DNA from: Eledone cirrhosa
Taxonomy: Eukaryota
NCBI GenBank assembly: GCA_964016885.1
Contig: CAXHJY010000406.1
Location: 3,726-67,725, forward strand
DNA: 64,000 bases
Direction: 5' to 3'
Numbering within the stretch: position 1 is the stretch's first letter; each line of letters begins with the position of its first letter. A program made the translations under genes and the position numbers. Of the stretch, positions 14,456-28,956 are shown piece after piece. Below the pieces are notes generated by a model. The model was not told where the DNA came from. It was given only the letters and a program-made list of their open reading frames with translations, and searched no databases.

Positions 14456-14949
14456 TCTATCTATCTGAGGCAGGTAAAATTCCCGAGATCCATGGACGAG
14501 TTCTCTCCAGCGGTCTCTGTCCCTCATTAACGCTGCCATGTCCTGCGTCTCCAACAGACCAGTGTCTGTCCTTAGGGCATCAACATACGTTAACCTTGGT
14601 CTTCCTCTTCTAGTGATTCCATGTAGGGGCTCCCACAGGAGCACTGAGTGCAATGTCAACTCTGGATGTCGGTGAGCATGTCCAGCTAACCTCAGTCTCC
14701 TCTGTGTCACTTTTGAGCTGACTTTTGGGATGCTCCCATACAGCTCTGAGTTTTTCATCCTCAGTGTATACTGATTAATGTTCAGCGCCATCCTCAGCAT
14801 TCTTGTGTAGCACCCATCCAAAGCTTGAGATCGGTGTGAAAGTCGGACCTTCGTAGAGACCTGAAGGTCCGTCTCTTCACTGCTGTAGTGGAGTCTGTGC
14901 TGCTGTATGGGGCTGAGACTTGGACACTGACTAAGAAACTCACTCAGAT
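14456..14949 (-). mobile_element. 3' fragment of a second RTE-like family with an inverted 5' segment (14822-14949) and a (TAGA)n tail
   Basis: [14 protein letters not shown]...RRGRPRLTY on the minus strand. The preceding codons (LRSV...[11 protein letters not shown]) lie on the plus strand, whereas the copy at 47728-48318 is collinear. Confidence 0.88.
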
Positions 14950-15496
14950 AAAAATATATATATAAATATATATATATAAATGTATATAAATCTAAATATA
15001 TATAAATAAATATATATAAATATATATAAATATATATAAATAAATATATATAAATATATATAAATAAATATATATAAATATAAATATATAAATATAAATA
15101 TAAATATATAAATATAAATATAAATATATATAAATATATATATATATATCTAAATATATATATATTTATATATATTTATATTTATATATATATTTATATT
15201 TATATATATTTATATTTATATATATTTATATATATTTATTTATATATATTTAGATTTATATACATTTATATATATATATTTATATATATATTTTTATCGG
15301 AGTGAGTTTCTTAGTCAGTGTCCAAGTCTCAGCCCCATACAGATATATATATATATTTATATATATATATTTATATATATATATATATATATATTTAGAT
15401 ATATATTTAGATATTTAGATATATATATATATTTAGATATATATATATATATATCTATATATATATCTAAATATATATATATATATCTAAATATAT

Positions 15497-15753
<257 letters not shown>

Positions 15754-15770
15754 AATATATATATATAAAT

Positions 15771-16019
<249 letters not shown>

Positions 16020-16184
16020 GATATATATATAGATATATATATATATTTAGATATATATATATCTAAATATATATATATATATAAATATCAAAATATATAT
16101 CTAAATATATATATATATATATATCTATATATATATCTAAATATATATATATATCTAAATATCTAAATATATATCTAAATATAT

Positions 16185-16219
<35 letters not shown>

Positions 16220-16504
16220 AATATATATATATATCTGTATGGGGCTGAGACTTGGACACTGACTAAGAAACTCACTCCGATAAAAATATATATATAAATA
16301 TATATATATAAATGTATATAAATCTAAATATATATAAATAAATATATATAAATATATATAAATATAAATATATATAAATATAAATATATATATAAATATA
16401 AATATATATATATATTTAGATATATATATATATATTTATATATATTTATATATATTAGAATTGGAGCTCTGAAATAGCAATTATATATATGGATGTATAT
16501 ATAC

Positions 16505-16783
16505 TGTATTTTGCAATACACTTTATGCTTAATTAAAAGCATTTTGAAGACCGTAAGCTATTGTTTTAAAGTAGTGACAAATTCACTTACTTTGATCTCA
16601 GCAAATGATCTCGGTAGACAGTAGTTAGCCTTGATAAGCTTCAACAAAAGCGAAACAAGGCCTTGTCGGCTTATCTCCCCTGTTTGCTGAGATCAAAGTA
16701 AGTGAATTTGTCATTACATTAAAACAATAGCTTACGGTCTTCAAAATGCTTTTAATTAAGCATAAAGTGTATTGCAAAATACA
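16505..16783 (+). mobile_element. PLE-like terminal repeat remnant: 101-bp inverted arms (16505-16605 and 16683-16783) enclosing a hammerhead
   Basis: Arms are reverse complements with about 2 mismatches, and the spacer contains a complete hammerhead fold. Confidence 0.65.
16627..16671 (+). ncRNA. Type I hammerhead ribozyme with U3-A8 core (family H3)
   Basis: AGCC-TTGATAA-GCTT-CAACAA-AAGC-GAAA-CAAGGCCTTG-TC-GGCT; all three stems pair, with a GUC cut site after 16667. Confidence 0.78.
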
Positions 16784-16792
16784 TTATAATAT

Positions 16793-16851
<59 letters not shown>

Positions 16852-16920
16852 AATATATATATAAATATATAAATATATATATAAATATATATATAAATAT
16901 ATATATAAATATATATATAA

Positions 16921-17002
<82 letters not shown>

Positions 17003-17077
17003 TATATATATATTTATATATTTATATATATATTTATATATTTATATATATATTTATATATATATATATATATTTAG

Positions 17078-17108
<31 letters not shown>

Positions 17109-17129
17109 AATATATATATTTATATGTGC

Positions 17130-17792
17130 GTGGTTTTGTATACCCATGGTAAGGTTTTGCGTATGCTTGTGTATGTACGTATCTGTTTGCGCGTATGTAT
17201 TTATTTGTTTCTATTACTTCTGTATTGTATTTATTTACTTTGTTCTTAACTCTGTAGCGGAGATTCATTGGTCTCCTAGTTAGAATTTTAGTCTACGATT
17301 TCTGCTATACCATTTACGTGGTTTTGTCTTTGCGTGCTATTGTTCTCCACGCTCCACATATGACTTATTATCTTCGTTTTTTCGTTCATTGCCAGAGAAC
17401 GTCTCTATGCACCACCTAAGAGAACATTAGTCTACAAACTCTTTTATACCATAAACGTGGTTTTGTCTTTGCGCGTAATTGTTTTTCACCGCTCCTATTA
17501 ATGACGTATTATTCGTTTTTTCCCCGTTCTTTGCCAGCGAATGTTACCACGAACCAAAGTATCGTCTTCCTGTCTTCCTCCGGTTGCAACGTTTTTTGAA
17601 ATATCCAGTTCTGCGTTTACAGATTGACTTTGTTAGTTTCAGAAGATCCCGTTAAGGGTGAAAGCAGCGATTCTTTGCTTAAACTTTAATCTGTTATTTT
17701 AATAAATATTTGCTCTACGGTTCTTATATATTTGATATATATTTTCCTTATCGAGCCCTCTTTGGATTTTAGTCTTCAATTTTATTATTACT
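17130..17792 (+). mobile_element. Interspersed repeat family A (probable PLE 3' end) with an internal duplication of about 140 bp
   Basis: Homologous copies on the minus strand at 42568-42980 and 45195-45460; AATAAA near the end, then (TA)n. Confidence 0.6.
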
Positions 17793-17799
17793 ATATATA

Positions 17800-17831
<32 letters not shown>

Positions 17832-17852
17832 AATATATATAAATATAAATAT

Positions 17853-17883
<31 letters not shown>

Positions 17884-17948
17884 AATATAAATATATATAT
17901 AAATATAAATATAAATATATATATAAATATAAATATATATATAAATAT

Positions 17949-18035
<87 letters not shown>

Positions 18036-18132
18036 AATATAAATATAAATATATAAATATATATATATATATAAATATAAATATAAATATATATATAAAT
18101 ATAAATATAAATATATATATAAATATAAATAT

Positions 18133-18163
<31 letters not shown>

Positions 18164-18194
18164 AATATATATAGAAATATAAATAAATATAAAT

Positions 18195-18227
<33 letters not shown>

Positions 18228-18261
18228 AATATATATATAAATATAAATAAATATAAATATA

Positions 18262-18295
<34 letters not shown>

Positions 18296-18345
18296 AATAT
18301 ATATATAAATATAAATAAATATAAATATATAAATATATATATATA

Positions 18346-18383
<38 letters not shown>

Positions 18384-18437
18384 AATATATAAATATATAT
18401 ATATATATATATAAATATAAATAAATATATATATATA

Positions 18438-18503
<66 letters not shown>

Positions 18504-18504
<1 letters not shown>

Positions 18505-18797
18505 TATTGTTATATTTGGGGAGGGTCATATTTGCGTAATATTGCCAGAATTAATAACAGAACACACTCACTGTTTGGTTGGTTTTCGCTTCTCGCTGTC
18601 TTTTATATATGAGTAAGTTAGATCGCAGATATATATATATAAAAGACAGCGAGAAGCGAAAACCAACCAAACAGTGAGTGTGTTCTGTTATTAATTCTGG
18701 CAATATTACGCAAATATGACCCTCCCCAAATATAACAATATCTGTTTCGACACACGATTTCATATAAAAAACCTCGCAAAACTAATTCATCGCCGCT
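18504..18797. repeat. Perfect inverted repeat of about 107 bp (18504-18610 and 18635-18741) plus an unpaired 56-bp tail; partial copy at 14150-14232
   Basis: Direct reading; family not recognised. Confidence 0.85.
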
Positions 18798-18909
18798 ATA
18801 TAAATATAAATAAATATAAATATATATATATAAATATATATAAATATAAATATAAATGTATATATATAAATATATATATACATATATAAATATATATATA
18901 TAAAGAAAT

Positions 18910-18968
<59 letters not shown>

Positions 18969-18975
18969 AAGAAAT

Positions 18976-19008
<33 letters not shown>

Positions 19009-19013
19009 AAGAA

Positions 19014-19046
<33 letters not shown>

Positions 19047-19153
19047 AATATATATATATATAAATATATATAAATATAAATATATATATATATAAATATA
19101 TATATAAATATATATATATATAAATATATATATATATAAATATATATATAAAT

Positions 19154-19234
<81 letters not shown>

Positions 19235-19251
19235 TATATAAATATATATAA

Positions 19252-19288
<37 letters not shown>

Positions 19289-19291
19289 AAT

Positions 19292-19402
<111 letters not shown>

Positions 19403-19557
19403 AATATATATATATAATATATATATATAAATATATATATATAAATATATATATATAATATATATAAATATATATATATAATATATATAAATATATATAT
19501 ATAATATATATAAATATATATATATAATATATATAAATATATATATATAAATATATA

Positions 19558-20246
19558 TCATCATCATCATCAACGTTTAACGTCCGTGTTCCATGCTTGC
19601 ATGGGTTTGGACGGGGGTAGTCCCACTTGAGGCAAGAGTGATTGTCTTGCTCGCATAGGACTGTCTGGCAGGTTTTCTACAGTTGGATGCCCTTCCTAAC
19701 ACCAACCACATTTACAGTGTGGGTCTGGGAGGTTTTTACCGTGTTGCCTACACGGCCACATTACAGCGTGGACTGTGTGTTTTTTTGTCGTGACACCTAC
19801 ACGATCTCATTTGTTTCGGCCTCGATGGCGCGGCACCAACATAACTTTACATAGAACGGGGTGGTGTGGATCGGGTGGGGGTGGTGGTGGTGGACGGGGT
19901 GTATTTTGTTAGAGATGCCTACTGGCTGGAGTAGGTTTTACTATATATTTAGGTAAGGCGGGTCTTCTCTGTTACTGAGTACCGCCAAAGGTCTCGGTCC
20001 AGTGACATTGTCTTGGAGAGGTGTAAGTGTGTGATGTCGGAGTTTATCAGCTCGTCCCAGGTTTTCTAGGTCTGCCTATTCCGTGACTACCGTCTATCTT
20101 TATTGCCCTGCACTTTGTTATACAGCTATCGACTTTCATGCGCATCACGTGTCCATACCAACGTAGCCTTCTCTCGAGTAAACAACATCTGATCCCTCTT
20201 ATCTCTAATTTTTTCCTTAGTTCGTTTATGCTTTGCCGTTCACGTA
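19558..20246 (-). mobile_element. RTE LINE 3' end (C-terminal codons, 3' UTR, (ATG)n tail)
   Basis: [12 protein letters not shown] on the minus strand; the UTR motif GGATGCCCTTCCTAACACCAACC is shared with 26386-28667. Confidence 0.85.
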
Positions 20247-20397
20247 TATATAAATATATATATATATATAAATATATATAAATATATATATATAAATATA
20301 TATAAATATATATATATAAATATATATATATATTTACATATATATATATATATATATAAATATATTTACATATATATATATATATATTTACATATAT

Positions 20398-20434
<37 letters not shown>

Positions 20435-20443
20435 TACATATAT

Positions 20444-20501
<58 letters not shown>

Positions 20502-20547
20502 GTAAATATATATATATATATATAAATATATATATATATATGTAAAT

Positions 20548-20579
<32 letters not shown>

Positions 20580-20585
20580 GTAAAT

Positions 20586-20619
<34 letters not shown>

Positions 20620-20629
20620 GTAAATATAT

Positions 20630-20688
<59 letters not shown>

Positions 20689-20707
20689 AATATATATATA
20701 TATAAAT

Positions 20708-20762
<55 letters not shown>

Positions 20763-20765
20763 AAT

Positions 20766-20832
<67 letters not shown>

Positions 20833-20981
20833 AATATATATATAAATATATGGAAAGTTATATTTAAATTGTTGGGTTAACAACGAGTAAATATTTATAA
20901 CTGATATAAAAGCACTCAACAAGTATTTGGAGTATATTTATGATATTAAATAAATGGAAACTATATTTATAAAACCATATT

Positions 20982-21047
20982 TATTTCATTATATATATTT
21001 CAGGGATATCATATTAACAATATGTTATGCCTTCATCAGACAAAATA
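20982..21047 (-). ncRNA. Type I hammerhead ribozyme (family H4) in a short repeat remnant of about 20850-21130
   Basis: Reverse complement reads TATTTTGT-CTGATGA-AGGCATAACATATTGTTAATATGATATCCCT-GAAA-TATATA-TA-ATGAAATA; 8-bp stem I with two GU pairs. Confidence 0.72.
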
Positions 21048-21270
21048 CAATATAAACAGTTTTATAAGTAAATAGATATGACATACCTTTCAATCGACTT
21101 GCATTTGGGAAGTTGATTTGGCAGTAAAATATATATTTATATATATAAATATATATATATAAATATAAATATATATATATAAATATAAATATATATATAT
21201 AAATATATATATATAAATATAAATATATATATATAAATACATATATATAAATACATATATATAAATATAT

Positions 21271-21303
<33 letters not shown>

Positions 21304-21663
21304 TAAATATATAAATATAAATATATAAATATATATATATAAATATATAAATATAAATATATAAATATAAATATATAAATATATATATATATAAATATAA
21401 ATATATATAAATATGTATATATAAATATATATATATAAATATATATATATAAATATATATATATAAATATAAATATATAAATATATAAATATAAATATAT
21501 ATATATAAATATATATAAATATATATAACGAAGGAAATGTGGTAAGGAACCAGGTGGACCATAACGCACCAAAGTACTCAATACTTGAGGTAGTAGAGTG
21601 GGTAATAGGAACCAGTAAGACCCCGACAGCTGAGCTCAAGCCGTTTCGACGGAGTTCCATGTA

Positions 21664-21728
21664 TTTTATTATGCGCATTTCAAAAACAAACATCATCATG
21701 CAATAATATTTGTTTTCATCAGATAAAA
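21664..21728 (-). ncRNA. Type I hammerhead ribozyme (family H5) in the 3' pLTR
   Basis: Reverse complement reads TTTTAT-CTGATGA-long AU/GU stem II-GAAA-TGCGCA-TA-ATAAAA. Confidence 0.78.
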
Positions 21729-23087
21729 CAGGAGAACATGATATGAAGGCTAAAAAACACTTGTGGATAGTGCAGTTTTAAATCAACATATGAAAAGTGG
21801 TTTTAGATTGATGTGTGATATTGGGAAAAATATTTTATTTAGAGAGGGGAGGGGGTGGAAAGGATGAAAAAGGGGAGGAGATGAGAGGGAGAGATGGGTG
21901 ATAGAGAGAAACAGATAGTTTTTATAACTGAGAGGTGATATATTGTTTTACATAGAGAGGTTGAAAACCGTTGGAAGATAATGTATAAATTAAAAAAATT
22001 TGAAAATTAACGAAAGGAGGATATGTGCGAGGAAAAAGTATTTTATTTAGGGAGGGGGGGTGGAAAGGATGAAAAAAAGGGGGAGGAGATGAGAGTGAAG
22101 GTGGAGAGAGAGAGATGGGTGATGGAGAGAGAGAGATGGGTGATAGAGAGAAAGAGATAGTTTTTATAACAGGGAGAAAGATATATTGTTTACATAGAGA
22201 GGTTGAGAACCGTTGGAAGATAATGTATAAATTAAAGGAATTTGAAAATTAACGAAGGGAATTTATGTATGAAGATAGAGAGAAGAAATAATAATTGTGG
22301 ATGAATATTCTAACGGGTATGTTGATAAGTATTGTGCAATTTCAAAATTAACGAAGAGAAAAATTATTAAGGTTTGTGTGTAGAAGGATTTGAGAAAAAT
22401 AATGTGAAGTTAAAGTTTGTATATTGGAGGAATTGATAATATATGCGAATAAAGAGTTAATATGTATTAAGAATGAGTTTGTTGATGGGGAGAAAAAATA
22501 ATAAATTAAGGATGAAATTGAGATTAAAAAGATTTATGATAGAGAGAAAAAAATAATGATTGCGGATGAATATTCTAACGTCAAAAAACAGATGTATATG
22601 TTATGAAGGATTTTACAAGGTGAAGATAGAATGAGGGTAATGAGTAAACAAGTATTATAGAGTGTATAATGCCCTTTAAAGTATGGTAGGAAGATGGGTA
22701 TATTTTAAAGAGGTGTATGTATATGTGCCTTTGAGAAAAGATTCTAAATTGATAAAGAATTGAATATTAACTGTATACTTTGTGAAAAGTTCTATGGAAT
22801 TTATGCAGGCAGATAGAAAACAAATCTGTACGTCTATTTATTATAGAATCTAGGTTAGAGATAATGGTAAATTTTTCATTTAGGCAGAGATTACAGATTT
22901 TAGATAGAGCTGTTCAAGTATGAGGATGCAGAAGAAACCTTCTTCCAAAAGATGGTATATTTAATGTTTTTGTCTTTTAAGGACCATATGAGTTCTGAGA
23001 GAGCAGTGTTCGTTCTTTTAAGTTTGTATTTGATTTAAAACTGCACTATCCACAAGTGTTTTTTAGCCTTCATATCATGTTCTCCTG

Positions 23088-23154
23088 TTTTATCTGATGA
23101 AAACACAAATATTATTGCATGATGATGTTTGTTTTTGAAATGCGCATAATAAAA
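23088..23154 (+). ncRNA. Type I hammerhead ribozyme (family H5) in the inverted pLTR
   Basis: Stem I TTTTAT/ATAAAA, CTGATGA at 23094-23100, stem II of about 16 bp, GAAA at 23137-23140, stem III ATGCGCAT, cut after 23148. Confidence 0.8.
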
Positions 23155-23852
23155 TGCATGGAACTCCTTTAACCATCTTTTGATCTTATATTATGTATAC
23201 TCCAGTCCTACAAACTGTAGAGTGCTTCTTATCCGATATCTGCATTGCTTTATTGTACTACAATAAAACTCACCTCCTACATTATATATATATATATATA
23301 CATATATACACATACATATATACACATATACATACACACATACATACATAGAGACACATACATATACATATATAAATATATAGACACACATACAAACACA
23401 CATATATATATATACACATATATTCACAACACACATACATATATACACATATATGTATACACACATACACACACATAAATATATATATACATACATACAT
23501 ACAGACACATATATATACACACATATATACATACACACACATATATATATACACACACACAACACACACACATACATATACGTATATATACACACACATA
23601 CACATGTATGTATATACACATACAACCACACGCTCACACAACTCAGACATACGTAAATAAAGAGATATACATACACACATATACACATATATATATATAT
23701 ATATATGCATATATATATATATATATACACATACATAAATATATATACACACACACAAATATACATACACTCACACACAAATATACATACACTCACACAC
23801 AAATATACATACACTCACACACAAATATACATACACTCACACATACACATAC

Positions 23853-23883
<31 letters not shown>

Positions 23884-23930
23884 TATAAAAAAAAAATAAA
23901 TAAATAAATACACACAGTCAGACAATTATG

Positions 23931-23974
<44 letters not shown>

Positions 23975-24344
23975 CACACATCTCTACAAATATATATACA
24001 CACTATATATATACACACTGTATATGCGCGTGTGGGGGTGAATGTATATATATGTGTGTATATAGAAATCTATATATGTTTATATGCGTATGTGTATTTT
24101 ATCTGTAGATTATAAACATACAGAGACATTAGCCCTGAATTTTTGTATTTACATACATTTTTTCGACATGCGTATGCATGTGAACATATATCTTTATGCA
24201 TATCTGTGAACGAAGTTACTTACATATATACACACACCTAACTGTATTTTCTTGATATATTTTTGTGTATTTCATTGGTCAATTTGAACTCTGTTCCCAA
24301 ACAGACCTGTAATTTTGAATTGTTGTTATTATCAATAAATATAT

Positions 24345-24497
24345 TTCATTATTTCTGAAGACGGCATATGTATGTGTTGGTATGTATATTATATTTGATA
24401 ATTTGTATAATTTTGTATAATTTTGTACATAGATCTGTTAAATATGCATACCAATTCTAACACATATATGTCCTAGAAACGATCGTTAAATAATGAA
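24345..24497 (+). ncRNA. Hammerhead ribozyme fold with a 114-nt stem II region (family H6)
   Basis: Perfect 10-bp stem I TTCATTATTT/AAATAATGAA, CTGAAGA at 24355-24361, GAAA at 24476-24479, stem III ACGATCGT, GUU site. Confidence 0.7.
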
Positions 24498-24796
24498 CTT
24501 TTTTTGTTTAATATAAGGAACTGTTTCATTGTTTTATTCATTATTTTTTTAATATTTTATCTTGACTCTGTCTTCCGTTTATCATTCACCGAAAGTGATT
24601 TTTGAATGCATCTCTTCTTTCCATGATATCCGGATTACATTGAGTTCTTCATACGGATTGGACACTACCGTAAACTCTTGGTAGATTTATCTACATATAT
24701 ATAAATATATATATATATATATAAATATATATAAATATATATATATAAATATAAATATATATATAAATATATATATAAATATATATATATATATAA

Positions 24797-24885
<89 letters not shown>

Positions 24886-24988
24886 AATATATATAAATAT
24901 AAATATATATATAAATATATATATATAAATATATAAATATATATAAATATATATAAATATAAATATAAATATATATATAAATATATAA

Positions 24989-25024
<36 letters not shown>

Positions 25025-25059
25025 TATAAATATAAATATATATATAAATATATATATAA

Positions 25060-25110
<51 letters not shown>

Positions 25111-25133
25111 AAATATATATATAAATATATATT

Positions 25134-25169
<36 letters not shown>

Positions 25170-25175
25170 AATATA

Positions 25176-25219
<44 letters not shown>

Positions 25220-25221
25220 TA

Positions 25222-25291
<70 letters not shown>

Positions 25292-25312
25292 AATATATAT
25301 TTATATATATAT

Positions 25313-25343
<31 letters not shown>

Positions 25344-25390
25344 AATATATATTTATATATATATAAATATATATATATATAAATATATAT

Positions 25391-25444
<54 letters not shown>

Positions 25445-25454
25445 AATATATATT

Positions 25455-25508
<54 letters not shown>

Positions 25509-25518
25509 AATATATATT

Positions 25519-25556
<38 letters not shown>

Positions 25557-25557
25557 A

Positions 25558-25658
<101 letters not shown>

Positions 25659-25666
25659 TATATATA

Positions 25667-25747
<81 letters not shown>

Positions 25748-25748
25748 A

Positions 25749-25797
<49 letters not shown>

Positions 25798-25866
25798 TAT
25801 ATATAAATATATATATAAATATATATATAAATATATATATAAATATATATATAAATATATATATAA

Positions 25867-25915
<49 letters not shown>

Positions 25916-25916
25916 A

Positions 25917-25977
<61 letters not shown>

Positions 25978-26026
25978 AATATATATATATAAATATATAT
26001 ATATAAATATATATAAATATATATAA

Positions 26027-26089
<63 letters not shown>

Positions 26090-26176
26090 TATATATAAAT
26101 ATATATATAAATATATATATAAATATATATATAAATATATATATAAATATATATATAAATATATAAATATATAAAT

Positions 26177-26213
<37 letters not shown>

Positions 26214-26385
26214 AATATATATATATATAAATATATATAAATATATATATATATCATTATATATATGTATATAAATATATATATAAATATATATATATAA
26301 ATATATATATATAAATATATATATATAAATATATATATATAAATATATATATATAAATATATATATATAAATATATATATATAAA

Positions 26386-28667
26386 TCATCATCACCATCA
26401 TCATCACCGTTTTACGTCCGTTCTTCCACGCTAGCATGGGTTAGACGGGTTGTCCTGTTGTGGGCAGTGTCTGGTCGGCTGACCATGCCTTGCTCATACA
26501 GGAACTGATCTGGCTTGATTTCTACAGCTGGATGCCCTTCCTAACACCAACCTCATTTACAGTGAGTGCTGGGTGCTTTTTCGTGGCGCCTACACGTCCA
26601 CTTTACAGTGTGGGCTGGGTGCTTTTTTGCCGTGGCACCTCCACGGCCACCTTGCGGTGGGGGGGGGGGGGCATATTGTTTATATGCTTCAGCATGTACC
26701 CATGGGAGGTCGGGTACCCTGTATTACTGCGTGACGCCAGAAGTCACGGTCGTGTGTCATTGACTTTGAGAGGTGTAGTTGGGTAAGGTCGGCTTTTATC
26801 ACCTGATCCCAAGTCATCTTGGGTCTCCCCACTCCGCGGTTTCCATCAACTTCTAGTGCTCTGCACCTTTTTATGCAGCTGTCATCCTTCATACGCATCA
26901 CATGTCCATACCAGCGTAACCGCCTCTCCTGCAAGCAGCATTTGATTCCTCTTATGCTCAGTCTCTCTCTCAATTCCTTTATGCTTTGTCGTTCACGTAT
27001 ATTACTGTTACACATCCATCGGAGCATGCAGGCTTCGTTTCTCTCTAATCTACGTAAGTCTTCCACCTTCAGCGCCCAGGTCTCACTACCATGCAACATC
27101 GCTGTTCGGATACACGCATCATACAGTCTGCCTTTCATTCTGAGGGAGAAGCCTTTTGCAGCTAGCAGTGGTAGTAGTTCCCTAAACTTCTTCCATCCCG
27201 TTCTTACCCTAGTTATTGTACTTTCTGAGCACCCACCTCTGTTGCTAATTCGGTCACCTAGGTAGCAGAAGCTGTCTACTGTTTCTACAGGGCCCTCCCA
27301 GAGATTGGTGGTACTTGTTTCCTGTGGCTGTTTGCTTGCTGTTTCAGCACAGCTGCTGCATGTGAATCCTACATTCTTAATTAAGCTTCCTGAGATCCCG
27401 CTACATCTCTTGTGTACCCATTGTTTGCATTTGGGGCAGAGAATGGAGTTCCTACCTACACCTTTCCTACATACTGAGCAAGGCCATTTCCCTGAGGGGA
27501 TCTGGGTTCTGTTTTCTCGTCTACTTACAAGGACCTTAGTCTTTGTCATATTGACTTTGAGGCCCTTTCTCTCTAGTCCCTGCTTCCAGGTTTGGAATTT
27601 ATTCTCTAGTTCTACCATAGATTCAGCTATGAGTGCGAGGTCATCAGCATACAGGAGTTCCCATGGGCATCCGGTCTTAAACTCCTCCGTTATTGCCTGC
27701 AGGACTATGATGAACAGGAGAGGGCTAAGAACAGAGCCCTGGTGGACCCCAACCTGTACGCTAAATTCCTCGCTATACTCATTGCCAATCCTAACTTTGC
27801 TGACTGCTCCCCTATACATGGCTTGTACCGCTTTCACAAGCCATTCATCTACTCCTAGTTTTCTAAGCGCCCACCAGATTACTGCACGTGGAACTCTGTC
27901 AAAGGCTTTCTCAAGGTCGACAAATGCCAAGTAGAGTGGCTTACTTTTAGCTAGGTACTTTTCCTGTAATTGCCTCACAAGGAAGAGGGCATCAGTGGTG
28001 CCTTTCCCTGGTACAAACCCAAATTGCATCTCGTCTATATTCACCCGGTCCCTAATCAGCTGTGCTATAACTCTTTCTGTTACTTTCATGACCTGGTCCA
28101 TCAACTTTATACCTCTATAGTTTCCTCTATCTAGTGCATCGCCTTTACCTTTGTAGCAGTTGACAATGATGCTACTGCACCAATCTTTTGGTATGGCCCC
28201 CTCTAGTATTACCTGGTTAACGATACGTGTGGTTATAGTGTGACCTACAGACCCAGATGCCTTCAGCATCTCGGCAGCTATACCCGATGGACCGGTTGCC
28301 TTCCCTATCTTCATATCTCTGATTGCCTTACTTACTACGCTGCCGCTGACTTGTACTGCTGGTCCCTCTATAGGGTCTACGTGGGGTAGGGTCTCTTCTT
28401 CCCATGCATTCTCCTCATTTAGTAATCTATCATAATGACTCTTCCATGCATCTTTCTTCTCAGCACTTGTGAGGGCAAGCTCACCTTTATCATTCCGGAT
28501 ACACTTCTCTCCAATGACATCACAACTATCTCTGACACACTGCCTCGCAATCTTGAATACCTCCTGTTTCTGGTCCTCACGTTGTAAAACATGCTTGAAT
28601 TTTCTATCCTCTGCTTCCCTCCTAGCTAAGTATACTTGTCGCCTAGCTTCCCTCTTGGTCTCTATGT
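26386..28667 (-). mobile_element. 5'-truncated RTE-clade LINE with an uninterrupted RT reading frame (real coding part 26689-28667), 3' UTR and (ATG)n tail
   Basis: The C-terminal ~660 aa of ORF 26689-29640 has [29 protein letters not shown] and GRPKMTW. The N-terminal Ile/Tyr part is microsatellite. Confidence 0.95.
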
Positions 28668-28924
28668 AATATATATATATATATAAATATATATATATAA
28701 ATATATATATATATAAATATATATAAATAAAATATATATATATAAATATATATAAATATAAATATATATAAATATATATATATATAAATATATATATATA
28801 TAAATATATATAAATAAATATATATATAAATAAATATATAAATATAAATATAAATATATATAAATAAATATATATATATAAATATATATATAAATATATA
28901 TATATATATAAATATATATATATA

Positions 28925-28956
<32 letters not shown>

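Larger units (their letters stand above)
21528..23167 (-). mobile_element. 5'-truncated Penelope-like element: inverted pLTR (23030-23167), frameshifted GIY-YIG C-terminus (about 22780-23020), 3' UTR, pLTR (21651-21786) and tail
   Basis: Minus-strand translation NTALSELIWSLKDKNIKYTIFWK...SKICNLCLNEKFTII...INRRTDLFSICLH matches a PLE endonuclease C-terminus (Naiad-like from memory); inverted repeats of about 137 bp carry hammerheads. Confidence 0.82.

Noticed and set aside
26819-27934. Antisense ORFs over the LINEs (also 184-522, 7645-8433, 54073-55772)
   Set aside because: Shadow frames of RT coding sequence with no independent evidence.
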